A DNA stretch of 64,000 bases from Dehalococcoidia bacterium (GTDB taxonomy: Bacteria > Chloroflexota > Dehalococcoidia > GIF9 > AB-539-J10), in contig JAUWHP010000033.1 in the NCBI GenBank assembly GCA_030605765.1, positions 7,812 to 71,811 on the forward strand, written 5' to 3'. Of the stretch, positions 26,857 through 36,359 are shown piece after piece. Every line of letters begins with the position of its first letter. The stretch's first letter is position 1. Both the position numbers and the translations under genes were made by a program. Under the pieces are notes generated by a model, which was given only the letters and a program-made list of their open reading frames with translations, was not told where the DNA came from and ran no database searches.

Positions 26857-26939
26857 GCCGAGGTGGCGGAATGGTAGACGCGGCGGACTTAAAATCCGTT
26901 TCCCGTGAGGGAGTGTGGGTTCGAGTCCCTCCCTCGGCA
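26857..26939 (+). tRNA. tRNA-Leu (anticodon TAA), long variable arm, no encoded CCA
   Basis: Acceptor gccgagg/cctcggc, anticodon loop ctTAAaa, long variable arm. Confidence 0.8.
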
Positions 26940-27101
26940 CGAATTCTTTAGCTTCCAATTGGTTTCACACATTTCCATCTTTGATATGGTGAATGGAGCT
27001 GGTCATTGTGCTGGTTTTTATTTGGCCGTAGTAGTGTAAGTATAACAAGGGAAGCATACTGGGGAAGCGGAGGTGATTACGAAACAGCGACTTGTGTTTT
27101 G

Positions 27102-28274
27102 CTAAGGGGTATTTTGGGTTGCTTGGAAATATTTCCCTTCCGTTTTTGTGGCCGGGGCAATGACCATTGTGGCCTTATGCATTTCTTTGATAGTTTTAAG
27201 ACCACAGACTCCCATGCTGGCGCGCAGGGCACCGATCAGATTTTGAGTGCCGTCGGTAACTGAGGCGGGGCCAAAAAGGATTTGTTCTAAAGGAGCACGA
27301 TTGCTAACCTTGATGCGTGTCCCCCGAGGTAATGTCGGGTGGGGATGGGACATACCCCAGTTATAACCTCTTCCTGGAGCTTCTATGGCTTGAGCCAAAG
27401 GTGAACCAATCATCACAGCGTCGGCCCCGGCAGCAAATGCTTTACATAAATCACCACCTGTGCGGATGCCTCCATCAGTTATGATTGGTACATAGTCACC
27501 ACTTTCTTTGAAATAAGTGTCTCTGGCAGCAGCGCAGTCCATGGTAGCGGTTACTTGTGGAACTCCAACGCCAATGACCTCTCTGGTAGTGCAAGCCGCT
27601 CCAGGGCCGATTCCAACCAGAATAGCGGAGATTCCTGTTCTCATCAGCTCTAACGCAGCGCTATAGCTGCAGCAATTACCTACTATAATAGGCAAGGCTA
27701 TCATCTGAGATAGCTCGGGAAAGGTGAGCCCTCGGTGGCTCTTGGAGATGTGCTTGGCGGTAGTGACTGTTGACTGCACTACTAGAATATCCATCCCTGC
27801 CTCTTTGGCTATAGGAGCTAGGCGTTTAGTATTGGCTGGAGTTAGTGATGCAGCACACGTAACACCTCCCTCTTTTATTGTATTTATGCGATCACCGATG
27901 AGATTTTCCCTGATAGGCGCTGAGTAAATTTTTTGCAGAAGAGGTGTAGCTTCAGTCTCAGAAGCTTGAGCAATTTGATTAAGGATTTCGTCAGGGTTTT
28001 CATAGCGTGTCTGTATCCCTTCGAGATTAAGGACAGCAAGACCACCTAATTTGCCAAACTTGATAGCCGATGCAGGCTCAACAACAGCATCCATGGCTGA
28101 AGCCAAGATGGGAATGGAGAATTTAAAGCTTCTAATAGTAATGAAAATAACGAAGCTCTTAATAGTAAAATGTATGTCTGTTTGGTCAGGATTGATGCTT
28201 ATATCGCCAGGGACGATAGCTACATCATCAAATCCGTAAGCTCGCTCCATTTCTTTGAATTTAGGGTGAGGCAT
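27102..28274 (-). CDS. IMP dehydrogenase / GMP reductase-family protein lacking CBS domains (GuaB-related)
   Basis: 390 aa with TIM-barrel IMPDH signatures (SIPILASAMDAVV, catalytic-loop region GIGPGAACTTREVIGVGVPQ). An atypical 14-aa insertion is present near the N-terminus. Confidence 0.8.
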   Translation of the reverse strand: MPHPKFKEMERAYGFDDVAIVPGDISINPDQTDIHFTIKSFVIFITIRSFKFSIPILASAMDAVVEPASAIKFGKLGGLAVLNLEGIQTRYENPDEILNQIAQASETEATPLLQKIYSAPIRENLIGDRINTIKEGGVTCAASLTPANTKRLAPIAKEAGMDILVVQSTVTTAKHISKSHRGLTFPELSQMIALPIIVGNCCSYSAALELMRTGISAILVGIGPGAACTTREVIGVGVPQVTATMDCAAARDTYFKESGDYVPIITDGGIRTGGDLCKAFAAGADAVMIGSPLAQAIEAPGRGYNWGMSHPHPTLPRGTRIKVSNRAPLEQILFGPASVTDGTQNLIGALRASMGVCGLKTIKEMHKATMVIAPATKTEGKYFQATQNTP

Positions 28275-28553
28275 TTTTCATTCGAGAGATAATTGCTATA
28301 AACTATACAAGGGTGACAATCTGGAGTCAAATTGACCACAGCCTTGTAATTGAAAATCGCCTGTTACCACAGGTTCATCTTGTATTGGAAGAGACTACCA
28401 GTGGATAAAATTGCCATTGCGTACTATAATTACCAGGCTACACTTGCTCTTCCGATTGGCGATTGGGAGAGATTGATTTCTGCGCATGTTGCAGCTTTTG
28501 TGGGGAGCTAAATTCAGGGTAAGTGCAGTTAATAATTGCTGAAGGAGGTTAAA

Positions 28554-28757
28554 GTGCGTCGTGGCTGTATTACTGTAGGTGAAGTGCAATGCGATGGGTG
28601 TCACAGATTTCTAGAATATGGTGAACGTTATTTGATAATTGATGAGGAGAAGGGAAACAGTCAGCGCTTTTGTGGTGATTGCTGTATGAAGCGTGGTTAC
28701 ACTTCATTTGGGGAGGGAAAAGGCAAGGAAATAGTTACTTTTTTCCCTCAGGATTAG
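28554..28757 (+). CDS. small Cys-rich (zinc-ribbon-like) hypothetical protein in the metG upstream region
   Basis: GGAGG RBS 7 nt upstream of GTG 28554. Sequence RGCITVGEVQCDGC...FCGDCC. No homology evidence. Confidence 0.3.
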   Translation: MRRGCITVGEVQCDGCHRFLEYGERYLIIDEEKGNSQRFCGDCCMKRGYTSFGEGKGKEIVTFFPQD

Positions 28758-28784
28758 GTATGATGACTCAAGTTTCTTTTTTAG

Positions 28785-30464
28785 GTGTATTTCTTGAGTG
28801 AGTGTATCTTTATAGGTGTTGCTTGGCCCTATGCGAATGGGCCTTTACATTTAGGGCATATTGCTGGAGCTTATCTACCAGCAGATATTTTTGCTCGCTA
28901 TCATCGCCTTAAGGGCGATGATGTGTTAATGGTTTCGGGCAGCGATCAACATGGAACACCGATTACAATTCGAGCTGAATTGGAATCCACATCACCACGG
29001 GAAATAGCGTCCAAATATCATCAACAATTTCTCGATTGCTGGCAGAAGCTGGGTATCTCCTTCGATTTATTTACCACTACTGGCACTGCAAATCATGCTC
29101 AGGTTACTCATGACATATTCACTACCTTACTCAATAAGGGCTATATTTATAAGGGTAAAATGCTTGGGGCTTACTGCCCCGGCTGCCAACGTTTTCTTCC
29201 TGATCGTTATCTTGAGGGCACATGCCCTTATTGTGGCTTTCCTAAAGCGCGAGGTGATGAATGTGATGAATGCGGTAAGCCTTTAGACCCTGCGGCCCTT
29301 GGAAATGTGCATTGTTCTCTTTGCTCTACCCCAGCGCGATTTGAGATGATGGAGCACTTTTTCTTGCGCCTCAGTGCTTTTCAGGATAGGCTAAAGGCGT
29401 GGATAAAAGAGCAATCTCAGTGGCGACGTCATGTACTTAGCACTACCTGGAAATTCCTGGACGAAGAACTAAAGGATAGAGCTATAACCCGTGATATAAA
29501 TTGGGGAGTGACTGTACCGCAACCAGGCTTTGAACAAAAACGGATTTATGTGTGGTTTGAAGCTGTCATAGGTTATTTATCAGCAAGCAAAGAGTGGGCA
29601 AAATTACGTGGCGATGATACGGGTTGGCAGGCATTTTGGCAGGGCGACTCCAAGAGTTTTTACTTTATTGGCAAAGATAACATTTTTTTTCATACTCTCA
29701 TTTGGCCAGCGATGTTGATGGGCTGCGGTGGTTTGGCTCTTCCTTATGATGTTCCAGCCAATGAATTCTTGACTATCGAGGGTAGGAGGCTTTCTACTAG
29801 CCGCAACTGGGCAGTTTGGCTCCCTGATTATCTGGAGCGATATGACCCAGACCCAGTGAGGTATGCTTTAGCAGCAAGTATGCCTGAGACTGCAGATAGC
29901 GATTTTACTTGGTATAAGTTTGTTCATCGTAATAACGATGAATTAGTGGCTACTTATGGCAACTTAGTTCATCGTGTCCTTAGTTTTACTTATCGTAATT
30001 TCACGGGAGTCGTGCCTTCACCCGGTGAACTTGATGAGCAAAGTCAAGCATTGCTTTGTAAGGCTGAAACTACATTGGTTGAAGTTGATAGAGCGCTCCA
30101 TCGTTGTAGTTTCAGGGAAGCAATTAGACATGCTATGTCTCTAGCTCAAGAAACCAATCGCTATCTTGATGTTCAATCGCCCTGGAAGGTGATTAGAGAA
30201 GCCCCTGATGCCGCAGCCAAATCTACCTACATTGCTTTATCTGTGTTGTCAGCTTTAAAGACTGTGCTTTATCCCTTTATCCCTTTCAGTTCAGAGAAAC
30301 TTCATACTCTTCTTGGCTTTACGGGAAGTGTGAGGGAAGCTGGTTGGAAATTTGAGCCACCGCGGCCTGGACAGAAGATTCGTCAACCACAGCCATTGTT
30401 CGTTAAGCTGGATGACAGCATTATTGAGCAAGAAACCAGCCGGATTGGCTGTGTATCCTATTGA
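28785..30464 (+). CDS. metG: methionine--tRNA ligase (short form without C-terminal tRNA-binding domain)
   Basis: HLGH (P..GPLHLGH), a zinc knuckle (CPGCQ...CPYCG / CDECG...CSLC) and KMSKS-equivalent RLSTSRN. The start is GTG 28785 or the in-frame TTG 28794. Confidence 0.92.
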   Translation: MYFLSECIFIGVAWPYANGPLHLGHIAGAYLPADIFARYHRLKGDDVLMVSGSDQHGTPITIRAELESTSPREIASKYHQQFLDCWQKLGISFDLFTTTGTANHAQVTHDIFTTLLNKGYIYKGKMLGAYCPGCQRFLPDRYLEGTCPYCGFPKARGDECDECGKPLDPAALGNVHCSLCSTPARFEMMEHFFLRLSAFQDRLKAWIKEQSQWRRHVLSTTWKFLDEELKDRAITRDINWGVTVPQPGFEQKRIYVWFEAVIGYLSASKEWAKLRGDDTGWQAFWQGDSKSFYFIGKDNIFFHTLIWPAMLMGCGGLALPYDVPANEFLTIEGRRLSTSRNWAVWLPDYLERYDPDPVRYALAASMPETADSDFTWYKFVHRNNDELVATYGNLVHRVLSFTYRNFTGVVPSPGELDEQSQALLCKAETTLVEVDRALHRCSFREAIRHAMSLAQETNRYLDVQSPWKVIREAPDAAAKSTYIALSVLSALKTVLYPFIPFSSEKLHTLLGFTGSVREAGWKFEPPRPGQKIRQPQPLFVKLDDSIIEQETSRIGCVSY

Positions 30465-30746
30465 TAGTGAAAAGGTCCATTGCAGAGATTCTTCGCCATA
30501 GGCGGAGAATGACGGTAGCGGGGAATTTCCAAGTACTAATGTCCAAACCAATTTGAATATCTAACTCCTGAAAGAGAGGATAACACCAAGTAGTTGGAAT
30601 TCAGAAACCAGAATCCTTTCTGTCCCTGCTGATTACTGACTTCAGGCCACTAATTGAGCCTTGCTCATTTGACCTTTAGGTAGTAAGAATATTGTTTGGA
30701 GTTTAACTCCTGCCATGGGGCTTATATGTGAACTATTGCGTCTTGT

Positions 30747-32573
30747 TTAGCTGGAAGCTGGATGTGGCGTTAATCCTTCAAATAGTTTGTTAAGGTCGTC
30801 TTCTTCCAGTGTTTCACGAATCATGAGTTGCTCAGCAATTTCTTTTAGTTTTGCTTTGTTCTTGGTGAGTATTTGTTTGGCAACGGTATAAGCCCGCTGA
30901 ATAATATTATGTACCTCTTCATCTATGTCTTGAGCGACCTTGTCGCCATAATCTCTTTGCTCGCTAATTTCACGCCCTAAGAAAACAAGTTCGTGTCTTT
31001 GTCCAAAAGTTCGTGGTCCTAACTTATCACTCATTCCATATTCAGTAACCATCTTCCTGGCTAACTTAGTTGCCTCGGCTAAATCGTCTTGTGCTCCTGT
31101 TGTTATTTCCCCAAATCTGATTTCCTCAGCAACGCGTCCGCCCAGGCTTATTGCCAATCGGTCGTCAAATTGAGAACGAGACCACAAATAGCGATCCTCA
31201 GTGGGGAGCAAGCGTGTCCAACCTCCTGTGGCTCCCCGAGCGATGATGGTGACTTTGTGCACGGGGTCGGCGTTGGGCAGCATTCTGGCGGTTAATGCGT
31301 GTCCGCTTTCGTGATAGGCTGTGATTTCCTTTTCCCTGGGGCTTATTCTTCGACTTTTCTTTTCTGGACCAGCAATCACCCGGTCTATAGACTCCTCAAG
31401 TTCTTGCATCTGGATATCCTTTTTGTCATGCCTGGCGGCTAAAATGGCTGCTTCATTAAGAAGGTTAGCTAAATCAGCGCCGGTGAAGCCAGGTGTCTCC
31501 TTGGCTATTGTTTCTAAGTTGGCTTCTTTGGCTAATGGCTTGTCTTTTGCATGTATCTCCAGGATGGCTTTGCGGCCATTAATGTCTGGTAAATCTACTA
31601 CAATATGACGATCAAAGCGGCCAGGGCGTAGTAACGCTGGGTCGAGAACATCAGGTCGATTGGTAGCAGCGACGACAATGATATTAGTATTGGTATCGAA
31701 ACCGTCCATCTCGGACAGAATTTGATTTAAAGTTTGCTCTCTTTCATCATGTCCTCCGCCCAAACCGGCGCCACGGTGCCGCCCTACAGCATCAATTTCG
31801 TCCATAAAGACTATGCATGGAGCGTTACGTTTAGCCTGTTCAAAAAGATCTCTTACTCTGGCTGCACCAACGCCGACAAACATCTCCACGAATTCGCTAC
31901 CACTAATGGAGTAAAAAGGCACTTCGGCTTCCCCTGCTATAGCCTTGGCCAGTAGAGTTTTGCCTGTTCCCGGCGGTCCCACCAGGAGCACGCCTCTAGG
32001 TATGCGGCCGCCTAACGTGCGGAATTTCTCAGGTGATTTGAGAAATTCTACTATTTCTTGAACTTCTTCCTTTGCTTCCTCAATCCCAGCAACATCAGCA
32101 AAAGTCATACTAGGTTTATTGCCGGAACTTAGTCTGGCGCGACTTCTACCGAAATTGAGAGCTTGCGTGCCAGCTCCACGGGCTGAACGGAATAGAAAAT
32201 AGAATAGTGCTCCAAGCAACACGATTGGTAAGATAACTTGCAGAGCTATCACTCCCCAGTTGGTGCCGATAGGCTCAACATTGATTTCCACTGTACTAAG
32301 ATCTATACCTTCCTCTTGTAGTAATTTTCGTAAGTCAGCGTAGCTGCCACCGAACCCCGACTTAAAGATTTTTTTGCTGTCTTGATAGCCAATCATGTTC
32401 CCATCATCCAATGTGATAGCATCAATTTCCCCGTCTTTGACTATTTTTATGAATTCATCGGTCGTTACAGGTTGGGGGATACTATTGCGCTGCAGAGCGA
32501 CGAATACCAAGGTTGATATAGCTACCAGAAGCAGCAAATAAACGTATCTATTGTGCCACGATTTCATATTCAT
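30747..32573 (-). CDS. ftsH: ATP-dependent zinc metalloprotease FtsH
   Basis: N-terminal TM segments, AAA Walker [12 protein letters not shown] region, and Zn-binding HESGHA. Confidence 0.95.
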   Translation of the reverse strand: MNMKSWHNRYVYLLLLVAISTLVFVALQRNSIPQPVTTDEFIKIVKDGEIDAITLDDGNMIGYQDSKKIFKSGFGGSYADLRKLLQEEGIDLSTVEINVEPIGTNWGVIALQVILPIVLLGALFYFLFRSARGAGTQALNFGRSRARLSSGNKPSMTFADVAGIEEAKEEVQEIVEFLKSPEKFRTLGGRIPRGVLLVGPPGTGKTLLAKAIAGEAEVPFYSISGSEFVEMFVGVGAARVRDLFEQAKRNAPCIVFMDEIDAVGRHRGAGLGGGHDEREQTLNQILSEMDGFDTNTNIIVVAATNRPDVLDPALLRPGRFDRHIVVDLPDINGRKAILEIHAKDKPLAKEANLETIAKETPGFTGADLANLLNEAAILAARHDKKDIQMQELEESIDRVIAGPEKKSRRISPREKEITAYHESGHALTARMLPNADPVHKVTIIARGATGGWTRLLPTEDRYLWSRSQFDDRLAISLGGRVAEEIRFGEITTGAQDDLAEATKLARKMVTEYGMSDKLGPRTFGQRHELVFLGREISEQRDYGDKVAQDIDEEVHNIIQRAYTVAKQILTKNKAKLKEIAEQLMIRETLEEDDLNKLFEGLTPHPASS

Positions 32574-32874
32574 ATCTAATTCACCCTTATTATAGCAGAG
32601 GTGCTATGAATAGAAAAATTGCAGACTGCATGGTAATTAGTGAGAAAACTCAAGGAAATCTTCAAGGAGTACTGCTTTCGCAGTTGAACGTGAAGGAGGT
32701 GCGCCAACAGAAATCTAGGTTCGCAAGGAAACAATCGTGAAGTGAGGGGATATATGGGCATACAAACATTCATAGTTTGCATAATATACAGGAGGGATGC
32801 ATTTTAGCGAGAGTATTCCGTGTAGAATGAGTTATGTGAAATGGCCGCGCTCCTCGGATTAGAATGAGAATAGG

Positions 32875-33240
32875 GTGCTAATAACAAATTTTGGTAGATA
32901 TGATGGCCATGAATGCCACCAAATTTCCACGGGAGGTTTTATTTGCCCTGATGAACTTATAGCTTTTGGGCCAGGAGCCAGTATCCAGCAATGCCTGAGG
33001 AGTACTCGATATTTAATCAACGAAACAGGTGGCGAAGAGACTCTATACGGAGCCCACACATGCTCGGAACACCCCTCCCCATTTCTTAAATGCAAGGCAC
33101 TAGCAGAGATGGATGTTGCACTGGAGAAAATGATGCGACGTAATTTAGAGTGGGAACGCGAGTTTCTTTTCCGGAGGCATCCAATAAATCCTTACATGTC
33201 AATTATTGCAGCTGGCTCTATCAATGGAAGGGGTGGTTAA
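32875..33240 (+). CDS. hypothetical protein
   Basis: 121-aa ORF in the 730-bp ftsH/rsfS divergent region with no recognisable motif. An overlapping antisense ORF (32859-33095) is equally unsupported. Confidence 0.2.
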   Translation: MLITNFGRYDGHECHQISTGGFICPDELIAFGPGASIQQCLRSTRYLINETGGEETLYGAHTCSEHPSPFLKCKALAEMDVALEKMMRRNLEWEREFLFRRHPINPYMSIIAAGSINGRGG

Positions 33241-33313
33241 AGGGAGTTTATAGTGGGTCAATTATAAAAGTGGTATAATAGATATAACATAAATGAAAGG
33301 GGGTTAGTCTTTT

Positions 33314-33658
33314 CTGGAAGCGGAAGTAATAGCGCGTTTAGCTACAAAAGTTGCTACTGAGAAGCAAGCAAGCGATATTGTGATGCTAGATCTTCGGGGG
33401 CTGTGTTCGTTTGCAGATTTTTTTGTTATTTGTAATGGAGATACCAAGCGTCATATTGAAGGTGTGTGGCGGGGTATCATTGATGAAATGAAGAAAAATG
33501 GGGTGGTATCTCATCATAATGAGGGCACTCCGGATTCAGGTTGGGTCCTTGTTGACTTCGGGTCGGTGGTTGTTCACATATTTACATCGGCAGAACGGGA
33601 TTATTACCAGCTAGATGAATTTTGGGGTAAGGCAACGCCTGTACTCAGAATCCAATAA
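33314..33658 (+). CDS. rsfS: ribosome silencing factor RsfS (Iojap family); start uncertain (possible CTG 33314, GTG 33377 or ATG 33380)
   Basis: Conserved RsfS sequence EAEVIARLATKVATEKQASDIVMLDLRGLCSFADFFVICNG extends upstream of the first ATG of the track ORF (33380). An in-frame ATG at 33293 is followed by TAG at 33305. Confidence 0.7.
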   Translation: MEAEVIARLATKVATEKQASDIVMLDLRGLCSFADFFVICNGDTKRHIEGVWRGIIDEMKKNGVVSHHNEGTPDSGWVLVDFGSVVVHIFTSAERDYYQLDEFWGKATPVLRIQ

Positions 33659-33665
33659 ATGAATT

Positions 33666-34112
33666 CTAGCCAATCCACTTGTTAATATCTTTGTGGTAAT
33701 CGATAATTTCCTCTGTTGAGAAAAAGAGCTCAATTTCCTTAGAAGCATTCTCTGCTGAATCGGAGCCGTGAATTAGATTGTGTTCGATATCGAGGCCAAA
33801 GTCGCCCCTAATTGTGCCTGCCTGGGCTTTAACTGGGTCAGTTTCGCCCATTGTTCGTCTTATTACCCCCACTGCATCTTTCCCTTGAAAAACAATAGCG
33901 ATGGTAGGGCTGGAGGTAATGAAATCCACTAACCTGTCAAAAAAAACTTTGCCTTTGTGAATAGCATAGTGGCGCTGAGCTAGGTTTTTATCCATTTGTA
34001 GCATTTTCATAGCTATAATTTTGAGCCCTTTTCTTTCAAGGCGAGTGACTATTTCCCCGGCTAACCCCCTTTGCATAGCATCGGGTTTGATAAGTACTAA
34101 GCTTTTCTCCAT
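33666..34112 (-). CDS. ndk: nucleoside-diphosphate kinase
   Basis: MEKSLVLIKPDAMQRGLAGEI...NLIHGSD with the catalytic His motif. Confidence 0.92.
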   Translation of the reverse strand: MEKSLVLIKPDAMQRGLAGEIVTRLERKGLKIIAMKMLQMDKNLAQRHYAIHKGKVFFDRLVDFITSSPTIAIVFQGKDAVGVIRRTMGETDPVKAQAGTIRGDFGLDIEHNLIHGSDSAENASKEIELFFSTEEIIDYHKDINKWIG

Positions 34113-34124
34113 CTTCCCTCCAGG

Positions 34125-35189
34125 CTAAATCCTTTGAATCAGGCTAATTAGGTCCATATCTTCTAAAGAATCAACTATTTTATCAGCTTTTCCAAGATCT
34201 TCTTTAGGATGAGTATTGGTTACCGCTAGGCATCTCATTCCGGCAGCCTTAGCTGCTTCAATACCGAAAGGGGAATCTTCAATTACAATGCAGTTTTCAG
34301 GTTGAGTTTCTAGTTTTTCCGCGGCCAAAAGATATATCTGGGGATTCGGCTTGCTTTCAGCTACTTCATGACCAGAAACAATGCAGTTGAAATATCCTCC
34401 TATGTTGAGTTCGTTACTGAGTAAATCTATGTTTTCTTTTGGTGCTGAAGAAACCAGTGCTAATTTGAAGTTTCCCCTTTTAATCGTATTCAGTAGCTTA
34501 ATTACCCCGGGGAGTGGTTTCGTATTGCCTTTAGCTTTCTCTCGAAAACTTGTCTCTTTTTCCTGTACTATAGCCTTGATATCCTCTTTAGACAATCCTT
34601 CGCCTAGGATCTTATGAATTATGAAGTCGTTTCTGGTGCCAAAGAGTTTGGTAAAATCCTGCTTGGTAAAGTTTGGCCTCCTTTTAGAAAAAGTTTCTTG
34701 CCAAGCAGCAAAGTGAAATGAGTTAGAATCAGCGATAACCCCATCCATATCCCATAGAACTGCCTTTTTTGACCATCTCCAAACGTAGAATAGGGAGCTA
34801 CCTTCAGCTATAACCGTGTTATCCTTAAGAGTAAGCATTCCCTTGGTTTCCACCAGTCTCTTTGTCAATTTGGTAACCCAAGCAGAAATTTGGATTGACT
34901 CTCCGGTGGGCGCTACGTGTCTAAACCTTATCTCACTTTTGGTAGTAACGCCAAAATCAATTCCATGGCAGAGAATAGCATAAGCGGTTACCTCATCAAG
35001 GAGGGTGTACAAAATGCCCCCATGGGTGGCATTTTCCCAGCCTTGGTGGAGTTCTCCTGGAATGAACTCTGCTGTGACCTTTCCTCCATCATAAACGGGT
35101 TCCAGTTTTAGCCCTATGGGGTTATCTTGACCACAAGCAAAGCAAAGCTTGCTTCCAGCGAGATTAAGGTCTAATTTTGGAATTTCCAC
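34125..35189 (-). CDS. fusion protein: PaaI/hotdog-fold thioesterase domain + HAD-superfamily hydrolase (beta-phosphoglucomutase-like)
   Basis: N-terminal Cys-containing hotdog fold (CFACG..., GGILYTLLDE), then HAD motif I LWDMDGVI and motif IV (EDSPFGIEAAKAAGM). Confidence 0.75.
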   Translation of the reverse strand: MEIPKLDLNLAGSKLCFACGQDNPIGLKLEPVYDGGKVTAEFIPGELHQGWENATHGGILYTLLDEVTAYAILCHGIDFGVTTKSEIRFRHVAPTGESIQISAWVTKLTKRLVETKGMLTLKDNTVIAEGSSLFYVWRWSKKAVLWDMDGVIADSNSFHFAAWQETFSKRRPNFTKQDFTKLFGTRNDFIIHKILGEGLSKEDIKAIVQEKETSFREKAKGNTKPLPGVIKLLNTIKRGNFKLALVSSAPKENIDLLSNELNIGGYFNCIVSGHEVAESKPNPQIYLLAAEKLETQPENCIVIEDSPFGIEAAKAAGMRCLAVTNTHPKEDLGKADKIVDSLEDMDLISLIQRI

Positions 35190-35874
35190 CTGTAATCCTC
35201 CTTTCCTTGGGCTTCGTTATGTGGGGAGGGCGAAGATACAGAGGTTGCAAAGTGGCTGGATTGTCCTGTTCTCCTTTGCTCAACTTTTGCCAGCCCAATA
35301 TGGCTAAGAAGCTAGCCCGAGGCAGCATACTAGTTTGTGGTATTATAGCTCGTTTGCCTAGGTTTCGTTGTATTTCATTTACCGTGTTAGGCGGGGTTTC
35401 ACCACAAAAAAGTGTTTCACGATGTACTCGCTGGCATAAAGCATCGAGGGTGGTTAAATGTTCTTTTTCCAAGCAGCGCCATTGGTCATTTTTTTGTTGA
35501 TAAAAGGCAGTGGCAATTTCCGCGCCACCAACTTTGTGAATGGGACATATGGGCAGACCAGTATGAGCAAAGGGATAAGCTTCATTTTCTAAGGTGCTTA
35601 TGCCAAGCAAAGGAATATTTAATGAGAAAGCTAGTCCTTTGGCTACGCCTATTCCTACTCGTAGCCCATTAAAACTCCCTGGGCCTTTGGCTACTATGAC
35701 CGCCTCTATGGAATTTGGCTTTACTTTAGTTTGTTGTAATAGACGAACCAAATTTGGCAACAGTTTCACAGTGTGGTTTTGAGCCGATTGCCAAGTTAGC
35801 CCGGTTAGAATCTCCCCTTTATGAGATAGGGCAATGCTAGCAGTGTTGGAGGAGGTATCTATGGTTAACTCCAT
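35164..35874 (-). CDS. tsaB: tRNA threonylcarbamoyladenosine biosynthesis protein TsaB
   Basis: MELTIDTSSNTASIAL...VAKGPGSFNGLRVGIGVAKGLA. Confidence 0.85.
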   Translation of the reverse strand: MELTIDTSSNTASIALSHKGEILTGLTWQSAQNHTVKLLPNLVRLLQQTKVKPNSIEAVIVAKGPGSFNGLRVGIGVAKGLAFSLNIPLLGISTLENEAYPFAHTGLPICPIHKVGGAEIATAFYQQKNDQWRCLEKEHLTTLDALCQRVHRETLFCGETPPNTVNEIQRNLGKRAIIPQTSMLPRASFLAILGWQKLSKGEQDNPATLQPLYLRPPHITKPKERRITGGNSKIRP

Positions 35875-36359
35875 ACCTTTTCCTTGTCTAAAACCGATTT
35901 GAGCTCTCTTATTAATCCTGAGTAGCGCTCACCTTTGGCTCTAAGATAGATAGTGCGTTCTGTCTCGCATTTAGAGACATAGTTAAGCTGTATGAGCAAA
36001 TTGTTTTGTGGTAATAGTTGTAGCCCCCTTTCTGCCCATTCAACTACGCAGACTCCCTCGTTATAGAAAAGTTCATCCAATCCCAGGTTAGCAATTTCCT
36101 CAATATTATCAAGGCGGTAGAGATCAATGTGATATAAACGAAGCCTGCCGTTATATTGCCTGACTATGACAAAAGATGGGCTGAGAGCATTCTCCTTAAT
36201 GCCCAACCCCTGTGTAATGCCCTGGACGAGGCAAGTTTTGCCTGTTCCCAAATCACCCATAAGCAGAAAAGCGTCACCTTCTTGGGCTAGCTTACCTAAG
36301 TAGCTTCCTAGAAGTTGAGTTTGCTCTGGACTATGCGAACTTAGCTTTAGGGATTTCAC
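35865..36359 (-). CDS. tsaE: tRNA threonylcarbamoyladenosine biosynthesis protein TsaE
   Basis: P-loop GDLGTGKT, 164 aa, in the tsaE-tsaB arrangement. Confidence 0.85.
   Translation of the reverse strand: MKSLKLSSHSPEQTQLLGSYLGKLAQEGDAFLLMGDLGTGKTCLVQGITQGLGIKENALSPSFVIVRQYNGRLRLYHIDLYRLDNIEEIANLGLDELFYNEGVCVVEWAERGLQLLPQNNLLIQLNYVSKCETERTIYLRAKGERYSGLIRELKSVLDKEKVWS

Noticed and set aside
28441-28560. Possible T-box element upstream of metG (aaattcagggtaagtgcag).
   Set aside because: Only 9 of 14 core positions match. There is no downstream terminator hairpin plus U-tract and no obvious Stem I. The trpB leader, by contrast, matches on all these counts.
32859-33095. Minus-strand 78-aa ORF overlapping the 32875-33240 plus-strand ORF.
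   Set aside because: Neither overlapping ORF has supporting motifs. I listed only the longer one at low confidence and regard this region as probably a regulatory region between the divergent ftsH and rsfS.
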